From a virus, in IMG/VR virus record IMGVR_UViG_3300042731_011319, positions 45,723-109,722 of that record: DNA of 64,000 nt; one strand, written 5' to 3'. Under the pieces are notes generated by a model, which was given only the letters and a program-made list of their open reading frames with translations, was not told the origin of the DNA and made no database searches. How positions within the stretch are numbered: position 1 is the first letter of the stretch; the number at the start of each line of letters is the position of its first letter. The position numbers and the translations under genes are program-made. This document shows positions 8,931 to 18,382 of the stretch, in pieces.

Positions 8931-9972
8931 TAAAAAATTTTTGTTTGTATAGACTAGCGGAAATTTCTTGAGATTTTACAAGAGATTCAATTTCTTTCTG
9001 GTAAAAAGCTTGATCAAAAATATACTCTTCGCTATCTAGATAATGTTTCCACTTTGGGAATTGATCAGATTGCATATCACCAAAATCATTAGCCAATGGA
9101 TGGTGTATAATGACATTGGATCGATCAAAATAATTTAATAATTTTAAATAACATTTAAACGACCCAATTCTACCCCGGTTAGAATCTTTGTCTTGATCGT
9201 TATTTAATGACAGAACGATTTTAGAGCAGCCACAAGAAACCAAAAAGCAGATCATTGCGGAAGAAATAGATGTGCCAAATAAAACTAATACATTCTTGAT
9301 GCCATGCTGGTGAAGATTCAATAAGTCGCCAATACTTTCCACAAGTATAATAGTTTCGGAATCATAAATAGATGATTGTATTGATTCTCCATAATCATTA
9401 GGAAGGTAAAAAGGGTAAATCCAAGATGATTTTTTACCTACATGCTTCCATTTTGGGCGATCTTTATTGCTTGGAGCCATGTCTCTTCCACTAAACCCAC
9501 AAATTAAGAAATCTGAATTATAAATAGGAAAAACAAATCTCTGGTACATCGAGCCTTCCGTGCATAGTCCAGAAGTAAAATTTCTTAAAACTATATCATC
9601 AATGCCCTTATTGTTGTAAAATTTGTAATGAGGCAATAGCCGATCAAGCATTGAAGTCGGGTATGTTTTTTCCATAATTAGCTTGGGTTGAGAGGGCTCG
9701 ACGATATTTGGTACATCAAAATCATATCCGCCAGTAATTTTTGAAATTTCATCCCTGTCGTTAGTTTGTAAAGTGGCTGAAACTAAAGACTCTAAAGGTA
9801 GATAGGATGAATTTTTAACATGATCTACCCATACTCCTGAGTCCTTATAAACTTGCAAAGCAGTTGGGTTAGTGCCACCTCTATAAATAGCATTTGTCCG
9901 CCAATGATTACCAAAATCAGATAATTTATAACCTAAATTTGTTAAGATATGTTTAATTTTTTCAGAGGTCAT
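8923..9972 (-). CDS. dnaG: DnaG-type DNA primase (TOPRIM)
   Basis: RFVFPIYN, GFSGR, PKWKH, LVESIGD, VLVLFGT, DFGDM; coupled to dnaB. Confidence 0.85.
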   Translation of the reverse strand: MTSEKIKHILTNLGYKLSDFGNHWRTNAIYRGGTNPTALQVYKDSGVWVDHVKNSSYLPLESLVSATLQTNDRDEISKITGGYDFDVPNIVEPSQPKLIMEKTYPTSMLDRLLPHYKFYNNKGIDDIVLRNFTSGLCTEGSMYQRFVFPIYNSDFLICGFSGRDMAPSNKDRPKWKHVGKKSSWIYPFYLPNDYGESIQSSIYDSETIILVESIGDLLNLHQHGIKNVLVLFGTSISSAMICFLVSCGCSKIVLSLNNDQDKDSNRGRIGSFKCYLKLLNYFDRSNVIIHHPLANDFGDMQSDQFPKWKHYLDSEEYIFDQAFYQKEIESLVKSQEISASLYKQKFFND

Positions 9973-11468
9973 AAATCAAGTAAGGGGTCCATTGTACCTT
10001 GGCCGGTTAAAGAAACATCAACTTGAGAATCTACTACATCTTGAAGATCTCCAACTTCTGTAATATCAAAATTATCAAAATCTAAATTAATAAAATTTCT
10101 TTTTAAATCTCCTGTGGGCATACGAACGGGCTGTATTGCTCTATGTACATCTTCACCTAAGTGTCTGTATTTAAAGCATGTTAAACGATGTGTGCCAAAC
10201 TGATTATCTTCTTCTGCTAATTCATCCATTGTTTTTTGACGCAGGCCAAAGAGGTGTGAGCTGAATTGAGTGATGCGATCAGAAAGAGAAACTATACTAT
10301 CGTCTTCTACAATATTATCGGAGTGACGATTATTAGTTATACCAGTACGATTACTCTGAACACTAGTCATCATTGAAATCATTGGGTCTCCGTCACAAGT
10401 AATATCTCGCTGAATTAGTTTTTTAAATTTGTCAACCATTTCACCTACAACTTGCCATTCTGTTTTATTGCCGACATTTTCTGATGTAGTCTTGATATAG
10501 TCAAAGCTTAAGATCATTTTATTGCCTCGTTTAACATGACCATAGTAAAAATGCTTCACCATTTGAATCATTGTGTCAACTGGCATGCCGCCGACATTTT
10601 GATAATAAAACTGATAGTTTTTAATTAAAGGCCAAACACTTCTCACTTTGTTAACTATTTCTTCTCCGGCATTGCGCCACTGTCCAGTCTCTAGTAGGTG
10701 AAGTGGTATTTTAGATAAGGCAGCACATTGACGCATCATTAGTTCTTCTTTACTCATTTCACCATTATCTAAATGCAGAATAGGTATTCCTTCATTTTGA
10801 GAAACTTTTAAGCAGAAGTCCATAACGAATTGAGTTTTACCGACACCAGTACGAGCAACTATAGTAGTAATATTACCTGGCCGTAATAATGAACCATATA
10901 AACTATGCAATCTAGGATGAGGACCCCTTGGTCCAAATTCTGTTTGGGGGTTGTTGCCTCTAGCTTCAATCAATTCTTCCATTTCAGCGAAAACATTTTG
11001 AGGTGCATGATCTCCGTTTTCATATAAAGAACTGTTTTTAGAATAAAAAGATTCAGCTTGATGAAAGATGTGATCCATACCTTTTGCAGGATCTAAGTCT
11101 TTCATTTCTTTAATAACACCCTGTGCATTGCCTATGATTTCTCTCCGTAAAGACAATTTTTTGATCTCAACAGCTGATTCGGTTACTGATGAAATAGATG
11201 CACGTTTAAGTTTTAAGGCTCGAATGTAGTCAGATACATTGATGTTATCCTCAAAAGAAACTTGAGCTAGCCTAAGCCTTTCAGCTAAAATAACTTCATC
11301 TACAAAGTTGCCTGATTCATAATCAACACTTAGATGACTATAAATTATACGGTTTGGCTCAAAGAAAAAGTCTTTAGGTGAAATAAATGCGGCAATTTCA
11401 ACATACTTATCAGGATGATTAAGTAAGCCAGCAAGAAATTGCTTTTCAACTTCAGCAGAATATACCAT
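9969..11468 (-). CDS. dnaB: replicative DNA helicase DnaB
   Basis: DnaB N-terminal EKQFLAGLL, Walker A ARTGVGKT, GEMSKEEL, FDYIK, VQSNR. Confidence 0.93.
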   Translation of the reverse strand: MVYSAEVEKQFLAGLLNHPDKYVEIAAFISPKDFFFEPNRIIYSHLSVDYESGNFVDEVILAERLRLAQVSFEDNINVSDYIRALKLKRASISSVTESAVEIKKLSLRREIIGNAQGVIKEMKDLDPAKGMDHIFHQAESFYSKNSSLYENGDHAPQNVFAEMEELIEARGNNPQTEFGPRGPHPRLHSLYGSLLRPGNITTIVARTGVGKTQFVMDFCLKVSQNEGIPILHLDNGEMSKEELMMRQCAALSKIPLHLLETGQWRNAGEEIVNKVRSVWPLIKNYQFYYQNVGGMPVDTMIQMVKHFYYGHVKRGNKMILSFDYIKTTSENVGNKTEWQVVGEMVDKFKKLIQRDITCDGDPMISMMTSVQSNRTGITNNRHSDNIVEDDSIVSLSDRITQFSSHLFGLRQKTMDELAEEDNQFGTHRLTCFKYRHLGEDVHRAIQPVRMPTGDLKRNFINLDFDNFDITEVGDLQDVVDSQVDVSLTGQGTMDPLLDL

Positions 11469-11474
11469 GAGGCT

Positions 11475-11503
11475 ATGTTAGCAGAAAAAAATCAATTAGT
11501 CAA
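11475..11503 (-). promoter_or_regulatory. sigma70-type promoter, leaderless geometry, for dnaB-dnaG-nuclease
   Basis: TTGACT-N17-(tgc)TAACAT-N6-ATG(11468). Confidence 0.75.
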
Positions 11504-11774
11504 CACCATTTTCTGGGTCATCGTTTTCTGCACCATACATTAAGTCAGATTCTTCTAAACTTAATAAGTATTTTTCTACAGCCTTTCGTAGTCCCATCTC
11601 AATAATTTGGTTTTGACATCGTGTGTAAACCATAGGGCTTCCATGTTGGTCTACATATGCAAGAAGAAATCCTTTATTATGATCAGCATCACCGGTTAAT
11701 TCGAAAATTTTCTCGAGCAAACTGTCGGGCAACTGAAAAGAATGAAAATTATTTGGATTAATTTCTTCGCTCAC
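11496..11774 (-). CDS. hypothetical protein
   Basis: 92-aa ORF; GTGTA 9 nt upstream of the GTG start. Confidence 0.7.
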   Translation of the reverse strand: MSEEINPNNFHSFQLPDSLLEKIFELTGDADHNKGFLLAYVDQHGSPMVYTRCQNQIIEMGLRKAVEKYLLSLEESDLMYGAENDDPENGVD

Positions 11775-11794
11775 AATAAATATTACACATAGTG

Positions 11795-12205
11795 TTATAA
11801 GATAACACCAAAAGATTCAAACAAATCCTTGGATAATACATCATTTGGATAAATTTCGACAAGCTTGATATTATTTAAGTCACAAAATTTTTGTTTATCA
11901 TTATCTCTTCTTATTTGACTTAGAAATGTAGACTTAGATTTTCCATGAAAAAATGGAGTATACTTCAAGTGTTGTCCGCCTTGCACTTCGATGGCTATAT
12001 TTTTATTAGAATTATAAAAATCAAAACTCATTTTAGTGCCAGCAATAGGAAATTCTTCAAATACTATATCCATATCCCAATAAGGCTTAATGAATTCTTT
12101 GACTGAATATTGCAGTTTGCTTCTACTTGATGCGCCCCATTTAATTAAATAAGATTTTGGTTTTTTTACTCGTTTGGTTGAACCTACTAATGTTTTAAAT
12201 ATCAT
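11795..12205 (-). CDS. DUF559/Vsr-like restriction-fold endonuclease
   Basis: EEFP...FDFY...IAIEVQGGQH...RRDNDK..FC. Confidence 0.7.
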   Translation of the reverse strand: MIFKTLVGSTKRVKKPKSYLIKWGASSRSKLQYSVKEFIKPYWDMDIVFEEFPIAGTKMSFDFYNSNKNIAIEVQGGQHLKYTPFFHGKSKSTFLSQIRRDNDKQKFCDLNNIKLVEIYPNDVLSKDLFESFGVIL

Positions 12206-13330
12206 TTATGAGTTTTGTTGGTAAATCAATTCTTTAAAATGCTCAATAAGAAAAGAGCAAAGATCTGCAGAGCCTTCTAGCAAGGCATTTAATTTAGGTT
12301 CACCTTGAATTTTTTCTGGAAACTCGAGTTTATTAGATGCAAGTATATCAATAAAGTCTTGCTCGACAGAAATCCATGCCCCTTTTTTATTAATATAGCC
12401 CCATAGATATAACATATCAATTAGCTCTCTTTCTATCCATATAGATGTACCGTTAGTTCTTCCATATTTAATAGGATATTCTAGAGTATAGTTGGTTTTT
12501 TCATTGGGAGATTTTTTAACAGTAATCTTAGCAATATGACCCAATATTTTATTCTTTTGCTGATCAATGGGCTGAGTTTGATTCTCAAGTATTAAGTCTT
12601 TCTTAAACCGTGGCTCAAACTCAAGGATGTAATTTGCAAAATGCAGCAAGGCATTACCACCGGTTGCTGTAGTCTGGCGAATTGGGGCTTTGCTATAAGG
12701 GTCTAGTTTAATATCAGCACGAACCTGAGAAATGAATATAGCCATATGCCCTCGTTTAGCCAAGGCGATACTCATCTTTTGCATAAATTTAGCTCCAAGT
12801 AATGCACCTCCTGCAACCTTATGAGAGTCCTCGAAGCCCTTATTAAGGTCGTCTTTCATGATTAATCCATCAAGTGAATCTAGTATAAAGCAATACTTTG
12901 TGCCTTCGGGATTTTTGGCAACTAGAATCCTCATTAAATCAAGGACTGTTTCGTAAATGTTGCAATCAAAAACAAAGCATTTGCCACAATCCCATTCGTC
13001 TTCTTCGTATGTAAAATCGATTCCGCATCGAGCTCGCATTTCTTTGGATAAGCGTCCTTCAGCTTTAATATAAACGCCTTTAGAGTCTGGCATTTTCAGG
13101 AAGTTCTTCATAACCTCTAAAGCTTCAGAGCTTTTGCCGCCTTCATTCATTCCTGTAAAGCGATGCAGCCCAGGACCGAGTCCACCGTTCAATTCAAAAT
13201 CAACTTTTAAACTGCCAGAAGATACTTTATAATCAATTTCTTCTTCAAAATTATAATGATGCTCTTCATTCTGTTTAAGGAATGATTTTAATGCCTCTTT
13301 AGTCTCTGATGGTTCTAATGTTTTGCTCAT
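12206..13330 (-). CDS. recA: RecA/UvsX-type recombinase
   Basis: SSGSLKVDFELNGGL, Walker A GMNEGGKS, ILDSL, FISQVR, TGGNALLHFA. Confidence 0.92.
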   Translation of the reverse strand: MSKTLEPSETKEALKSFLKQNEEHHYNFEEEIDYKVSSGSLKVDFELNGGLGPGLHRFTGMNEGGKSSEALEVMKNFLKMPDSKGVYIKAEGRLSKEMRARCGIDFTYEEDEWDCGKCFVFDCNIYETVLDLMRILVAKNPEGTKYCFILDSLDGLIMKDDLNKGFEDSHKVAGGALLGAKFMQKMSIALAKRGHMAIFISQVRADIKLDPYSKAPIRQTTATGGNALLHFANYILEFEPRFKKDLILENQTQPIDQQKNKILGHIAKITVKKSPNEKTNYTLEYPIKYGRTNGTSIWIERELIDMLYLWGYINKKGAWISVEQDFIDILASNKLEFPEKIQGEPKLNALLEGSADLCSFLIEHFKELIYQQNS

Positions 13331-13659
13331 GATAAAAAGTCTCTCAATGTTTTGGGCCTATTGTCTATTTTAAAGTCTTCTCCACATTTTTCCCCTAATT
13401 TAAACTCTTTTTTTTCAGGGATATTGTATTTAAATAAATTATATTTTCTTTTTAATTCCTCGCTAAAGAATCCAGAACGAAGCACAATCATACTGTCGAG
13501 TTTTTTGCTAAAAGTTAAACCTTGCCAGAATTTAAATTCAGGATATAGTTCTAATAAAATATTAAAAGTTTTAATTTCTCGACCCCAGAATAAGCGTTTT
13601 TGCTTCTCTGGAATATTGATTAAATTCTCAATTATTTTTTTCTTTTCAGTGTGAGTCAC
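13327..13659 (-). CDS. hypothetical protein, coupled to recA
   Basis: 110-aa ORF with ATGA overlap and an upstream promoter. Confidence 0.7.
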   Translation of the reverse strand: MTHTEKKKIIENLINIPEKQKRLFWGREIKTFNILLELYPEFKFWQGLTFSKKLDSMIVLRSGFFSEELKRKYNLFKYNIPEKKEFKLGEKCGEDFKIDNRPKTLRDFLS

Positions 13660-13665
13660 TGAATA

Positions 13666-13694
13666 AAGATAACAAATAAATGTTTAAAAGTCAA
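13666..13694 (-). promoter_or_regulatory. sigma70-type promoter, leaderless geometry, for the recA unit
   Basis: TTGACT-N17-(tgt)TATCTT-N6-GTG(13659). Confidence 0.75.
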
Positions 13695-13696
13695 GT

Positions 13697-13933
13697 TTAT
13701 TTAGGTCTAAAGCCAGAATCGTAATCACCTACAATTTGAGACGACAATCCGAAAGTATATAATTTTCTATTTAATTCGCGACCTGTGTGGTTGTTGTAAT
13801 AGTTTGTTTGACTAGAGTCTGCGGATAAAATAGTATTAATTCTACTGCGAATATCACTAAGCTTAGCTGATAAAATGTCGGGAGTGGATATAGAGTGAAT
13901 TTCTTGCAATAAACTAGGTAAGGTGTCTTCCAT
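13697..13933 (-). CDS. hypothetical protein (MEDTLPSLL...)
   Basis: ATG 13933 lies 9 nt after GTGTA; the longer track ORF overlaps the upstream gene. Confidence 0.55.
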   Translation of the reverse strand: MEDTLPSLLQEIHSISTPDILSAKLSDIRSRINTILSADSSQTNYYNNHTGRELNRKLYTFGLSSQIVGDYDSGFRPK

Positions 13934-13946
13934 AAATATATGTACA

Positions 13947-14381
13947 CTATCTTCGCTTGCTTGGGATTGCATAAAATCCCACCACCATGAAACAAAGATC
14001 AATAAAAGAAGAAAGCATTAAGCCTCCCGTAAGCTTAACAACTTCCCAGTCTTTACCACCAAAAATCCAGCTGAAAAGCCCCCATTTTGAGCTCTCGCCC
14101 CTTGGCACGATAATTTCATAAGAAATATCAGGGTTATGAGCATAATAAACCATTAAATAACACATGGTAAAAGTAATAGACATAAACAGTATCCTGCGAG
14201 TAATCTTTACAAATGGGTCACTAGCCTGCTGAGCTTGATTGTCAAGCATTGCCCTCATCATTTCATTGTCTCTGGCGGCGAGCATCATCTGATCTTGGCG
14301 TTTTTGTTCGAGCCAAGCATTTACTAGGTTGCAGGCTAGTTTTATTCCAGCCCCTAAAATAGTATTAAAGATGGGACCCAT
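13947..14381 (-). CDS. holin-like membrane protein
   Basis: Amphipathic N-terminus, DPFVKITRRILF followed by two TM segments, basic C-terminus SKRR. Confidence 0.55.
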   Translation of the reverse strand: MGPIFNTILGAGIKLACNLVNAWLEQKRQDQMMLAARDNEMMRAMLDNQAQQASDPFVKITRRILFMSITFTMCYLMVYYAHNPDISYEIIVPRGESSKWGLFSWIFGGKDWEVVKLTGGLMLSSFIDLCFMVVGFYAIPSKRR

Positions 14382-14572
14382 TAGTCTGGGATACTATCGT
14401 AATCAGCTTTGCTGCAGAATTTAGTTAACTTTGTGCCATCATCAACTGCTTTTAAGCAATACCTAATAGAGAGCTTACCTGTTTTGGTAGTTTTTTCGAT
14501 AGTATGCTTGGTTACATCTGACTCAGAGATTTGAACCTTTTCTTTTTTCTTTACATTGTAGAACTCGATCAT
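14381..14572 (-). CDS. small basic protein, CC1/DUF5679-like putative DNA-binding protein
   Basis: IEFYNVKKKEK...TKTG...RYCLKA..DGTKLTKF. Confidence 0.55.
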   Translation of the reverse strand: MIEFYNVKKKEKVQISESDVTKHTIEKTTKTGKLSIRYCLKAVDDGTKLTKFCSKADYDSIPD

Positions 14573-14584
14573 AATATTCGGGGT

Positions 14585-15577
14585 TTAATATCCGTCAGAA
14601 TCATTACAATTCTGCATTTGATTATAAATCCATTCGTATGTTTTTTCAAGTCCATCTTCAAGAGTAATCGATGGAGCCCAGCCAAGAACTTCTTTGATCA
14701 TAGTATTGTCACTATTGCGGCCACGAACCCCCTGGGGTGCATCCAGATTATAGTTGCGTTTTAATTTAAGCCCAGCAATACCTTCAACAATATCAACAAG
14801 TTGATTGATTGAAACCATACGGTCGCTTCCAAGATTCAATGGGCGGGAGTCTCCCTTGTTCCACATTAGTTCCATGCCAGTAATGCAATCATCAATAAAC
14901 ATAAAAGAACGGGTCTGTTCGCCGTCTCCCCAAATTTCGATTTCATGCTTACCACTCATTTTAGCCTCAATAACTTTACGGCAGATTGCAGCAGGAGCTT
15001 TCTCTCTACCACCTCTCCATGTGCCGAAAGGTCCATAAACGTTATGGTAACGACAGGTGCGAGAATCAATATCAAAATCTTTTCCGTAATAGTAGGTGAT
15101 GAGTTCGCTAAATAACTTCTCCCATCCATAACCATCGTCTGGATTAGCTGGAAATACATCAGATTCTTTGAGGGCTTGAGACTCTTGGTCTTTAATTTCA
15201 GACTGAATTGCAGCAGGATAAACACAAGCAGTAGAGCTATAAAGAACTTCTTTTACTCCATTATCTCGTGCAGCCATCATCATATGAGTCTGGATAAGTA
15301 CATTTTCCATACAAAGGGCTTGGTTGTGCTCGACGAAACCCATGCCGCCCATATTACAAGCAAGGTTATAAATTCGGTCAACTCCAACACTTAGCTTATA
15401 GCAATGATTTTTTTCTTGGAGGTTACAATCAGGATGATTTTCGGCCGCGTCAAATGTCTGATACCACATATCTGCGGGCTTAATATCGGCCGCAATAACT
15501 TCGTGCCCTTGGGCCAATAAATCTTTAACTAAATAACCAGCAATAAAGCCGCCTGCTCCTCCAACTAGTATTTTCAT
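14585..15577 (-). CDS. GDP-mannose 3',5'-epimerase-like extended SDR
   Basis: GAGGFIA, NLACNMGGMGF, YGWEK, EKAPAAICRK, WGDGEQTRSF, GVRGRNSDN. Confidence 0.88.
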   Translation of the reverse strand: MKILVGGAGGFIAGYLVKDLLAQGHEVIAADIKPADMWYQTFDAAENHPDCNLQEKNHCYKLSVGVDRIYNLACNMGGMGFVEHNQALCMENVLIQTHMMMAARDNGVKEVLYSSTACVYPAAIQSEIKDQESQALKESDVFPANPDDGYGWEKLFSELITYYYGKDFDIDSRTCRYHNVYGPFGTWRGGREKAPAAICRKVIEAKMSGKHEIEIWGDGEQTRSFMFIDDCITGMELMWNKGDSRPLNLGSDRMVSINQLVDIVEGIAGLKLKRNYNLDAPQGVRGRNSDNTMIKEVLGWAPSITLEDGLEKTYEWIYNQMQNCNDSDGY

Positions 15578-16356
15578 TTTATATGTTTTTTTATAGTGTC
15601 ATCGAAATCTTCTAATTCACATTCTGCTTTATAATGGTTAAACCAAATTTCTTCATCATCTTTAAATGATTTAATCTTAGACCCATGAAACTTAGCACTA
15701 TGTATTGATAGCCTTTTAATTCTTTCTCGATCAGGAGGATTTATTAGCCATTTTTGTGATCCATCTAGATAAAGACCGCAATTTGAGTATATATCTCTTA
15801 CTGATTGATTTCTGATTCTTTGGGTATAGGTTTTACCGTAAAACTCAAAATAATTAAAACCGTTATTGTCTGAAATAAAATCTTGAATGGAATCGTGATT
15901 CCTTAATACCATATATTCGTCTGGGTCTATGTTTAGTATCCATGACTCAGGGCGTTGTAGCATATCCCAATACATTTTAACTTGACAAGAAGGGTGGCCA
16001 CTATTATGGTCAACCCCATAAACCCAGGGAACTTCATGTACATTGGGGTACTTTGATATAACTTCGTTAAATTTAGAAAGTATATCATCATCAGAAAAAT
16101 CATGGAAATAATCTAAATTAGGCTTGCAGCCCCATACCATTTTTTCTGGAGCAGTTCTTAAGGATTCCCTTCTTTCTAATTCTTCTTTTTTTATGTTTTT
16201 CCAATACGCGTTTTGGTCAGAAATGGAAGTTAGCCCATTATTATAAATGTATATTGAATTTATGCCCAAGCTTAAATGGTGATCTATCCATTCTTCTAAA
16301 AAGAAAACTTCTTTTCGAAGTAAAATTACTGCGCACAATGTAACTGAGTTATTCAT
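15574..16356 (-). CDS. glycosyltransferase, GT2-like/GT92
   Basis: EVFFLEEWIDHHLSLGI..IYIYNN; WILNIDPDEY. Confidence 0.75.
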   Translation of the reverse strand: MNNSVTLCAVILLRKEVFFLEEWIDHHLSLGINSIYIYNNGLTSISDQNAYWKNIKKEELERRESLRTAPEKMVWGCKPNLDYFHDFSDDDILSKFNEVISKYPNVHEVPWVYGVDHNSGHPSCQVKMYWDMLQRPESWILNIDPDEYMVLRNHDSIQDFISDNNGFNYFEFYGKTYTQRIRNQSVRDIYSNCGLYLDGSQKWLINPPDRERIKRLSIHSAKFHGSKIKSFKDDEEIWFNHYKAECELEDFDDTIKKHIK

Positions 16357-17179
16357 CTTTTATATTTTCTACCCAATAATTAAAGTCTAATGTTTTATAA
16401 TAAGGTTTTATTTTTTTAGATAATATATTATACTGTTCATTTAAGAAATTTTCAGTAATTTTTTGATAATCTTTTTGGTGATCTAAGAATAAAATTGGCA
16501 ATTCAGAGTGATCAAATTGATTATACATGGGATCTTTTATAACGATAGGTATGGCTCCACAATAAAGGGTGTCATAGAATCTAAACGAATCAGGCGCTGT
16601 ACCCCTGGGGCATATAACAAACTTACTCCTTCTTAATTTAATAAAAAAATCTTCATTAGACATAAACCAAGAGCGCTTTGAGCCATTAAGACCTCTTAGG
16701 CCAATATTTTCCAGGGTATAAATGGGGTTGTCTTTTATAAATAAATAAATAGCCTTTCGGATCCAGCTTGTATTTAATGAAAAGTTGCCGTAAACTAAAA
16801 TATCGCGATCCCTCTTTTGAGTACTTTTGTGAAAACAATCTCTTGCCCTAAAATCTCTGCCCATTGGAAGAAACTTAATAATGTCGTGAGTATAGTCGAC
16901 ATTATTGCAATAAATTTTTTTAATGTTATCAGGTATGTCTATATCTTTACTTAAGCAGCGATCTGTTTTGCCGCAAATAATTGAGTAAATAAATGGTTTT
17001 TTAGATATAGGTTCAAAATATTCAAGTATCTTTTGAGGGTTAAAGGTATGCCTATGGCTGCCAATAAAAATAATAGAATCTTGGTTTGGTATATCTTTGG
17101 CAGAGTTAACGGTAATAATACCGTTTTTTTTAAAAAAGGTTTCGTTAAATAAAAGCAGTATATCTTCCATTGGAAGCAT
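16349..17179 (-). CDS. exostosin (GT47)-like glycosyltransferase
   Basis: SKFVICPRGTAPDSFRFYDTLYCGAIPIV. Confidence 0.8.
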   Translation of the reverse strand: MLPMEDILLLFNETFFKKNGIITVNSAKDIPNQDSIIFIGSHRHTFNPQKILEYFEPISKKPFIYSIICGKTDRCLSKDIDIPDNIKKIYCNNVDYTHDIIKFLPMGRDFRARDCFHKSTQKRDRDILVYGNFSLNTSWIRKAIYLFIKDNPIYTLENIGLRGLNGSKRSWFMSNEDFFIKLRRSKFVICPRGTAPDSFRFYDTLYCGAIPIVIKDPMYNQFDHSELPILFLDHQKDYQKITENFLNEQYNILSKKIKPYYKTLDFNYWVENIKDE

Positions 17180-17757
17180 TACTTTTTTTGAATGCAGAAT
17201 TGATCTTGCTGGTTGTCGAAATCCTCTATTTCGTCGAAACGGTCTTCGAGGAAACTATCAACTGCGGGCACTACACCGAAATCTAATAATCTTACTTGAG
17301 TATCACCGTCGATATATGCATTACCGCATAAAAACCCTTGAGGCTTTAATTTAGTCCACCAGATGTCAAGGTCTTGGCTTACAAAAGAATAGGAATGGTT
17401 AGCATCCAAGTATATCCAATCTAGTGATTCGTCTTCAAATTGATGAAGCGCATCAACAGAATATTTTTTGATGATATTTACCTTTGGCTCTGTAGAAAAT
17501 CTAGAGGAAACTTCTTTGAAAATTTCGTCCATATCATCTTGTGGAATAGCATGCCATCTAGCAGGAATATCCATAATACTATCCCAAGGATCAATTAGAT
17601 TTAATTCTGAAGGGGATTGATCTAAGATACAAGATGAGAAATCGCCTTTGAATACTCCTACTTCCACACATTTGGAGTTAGGAGTAATTAGTTCTAATAA
17701 GGACTTTCGGCCGCTAGATAATTCAAAATAATAAGGAAGTGGAAATTGATCTGTCAT
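17179..17757 (-). CDS. class I SAM-dependent methyltransferase (Methyltransf_24-like)
   Basis: VEVGVFKGDFS, IDPW, DWIYLDANHSY, KLKPQGFLCG. Confidence 0.85.
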   Translation of the reverse strand: MTDQFPLPYYFELSSGRKSLLELITPNSKCVEVGVFKGDFSSCILDQSPSELNLIDPWDSIMDIPARWHAIPQDDMDEIFKEVSSRFSTEPKVNIIKKYSVDALHQFEDESLDWIYLDANHSYSFVSQDLDIWWTKLKPQGFLCGNAYIDGDTQVRLLDFGVVPAVDSFLEDRFDEIEDFDNQQDQFCIQKK

Positions 17758-17760
17758 TGG

Positions 17761-18348
17761 TTAAAATTGGTAATTATATTTATTAATATCCCCTTGATAT
17801 ATATTATACACAGCTCTTTTACTATCTTCCATATATAATTTTCTATAGTCTGAATTATTTGTTGAGTTAATTTTACGAAGATTAGTTCTTGGTAGTTGAA
17901 GTTTTTTTAAAATGTATGCATAGTCTTCTTGAATGTTTTCAAATCTAGCAAGATAATCAATATTAGAATCAAGGAAATAATCATAAGCTTGAAAATGGAT
18001 GCCAGATTGAAAAGAACCCTCTTCCCGTTTCATTAGTTTCATGAAGTCAGGGATATGATTGACGAATTCATTAAAATCCATTTCGTTTGCAGCATCTGAT
18101 ATAATGCTATTTCTTTTATACCAATGATGTCCTGGTTTTAGTTTGCGAAAATATTTATACGCCGAAACTACCCGATCATATGGATTGCGAATAAAAGTAA
18201 ACGAAAAATAATTAGAATGTTCAGAGTGATAAGACATTGGGGAATGACCAGAAAACCCAAGCGACTCTAAGTTAAGCTGTTGATTAATTGAACTGCCAGC
18301 GCACTTTGGTATGTGGATGAAAATACATTTGTGTTTGTGATTTATCAT
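17761..18348 (-). CDS. sulfotransferase (Sulfotransfer_2 family)
   Basis: 5'-PSB FIHIPKCAGSSI; 3'-PB IRNPYDRVVSAY. Confidence 0.88.
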   Translation of the reverse strand: MINHKHKCIFIHIPKCAGSSINQQLNLESLGFSGHSPMSYHSEHSNYFSFTFIRNPYDRVVSAYKYFRKLKPGHHWYKRNSIISDAANEMDFNEFVNHIPDFMKLMKREEGSFQSGIHFQAYDYFLDSNIDYLARFENIQEDYAYILKKLQLPRTNLRKINSTNNSDYRKLYMEDSKRAVYNIYQGDINKYNYQF

Positions 18349-18382
18349 ATTAAATTTAAAGTAGTTGTTAAAAAAAGAAAAT

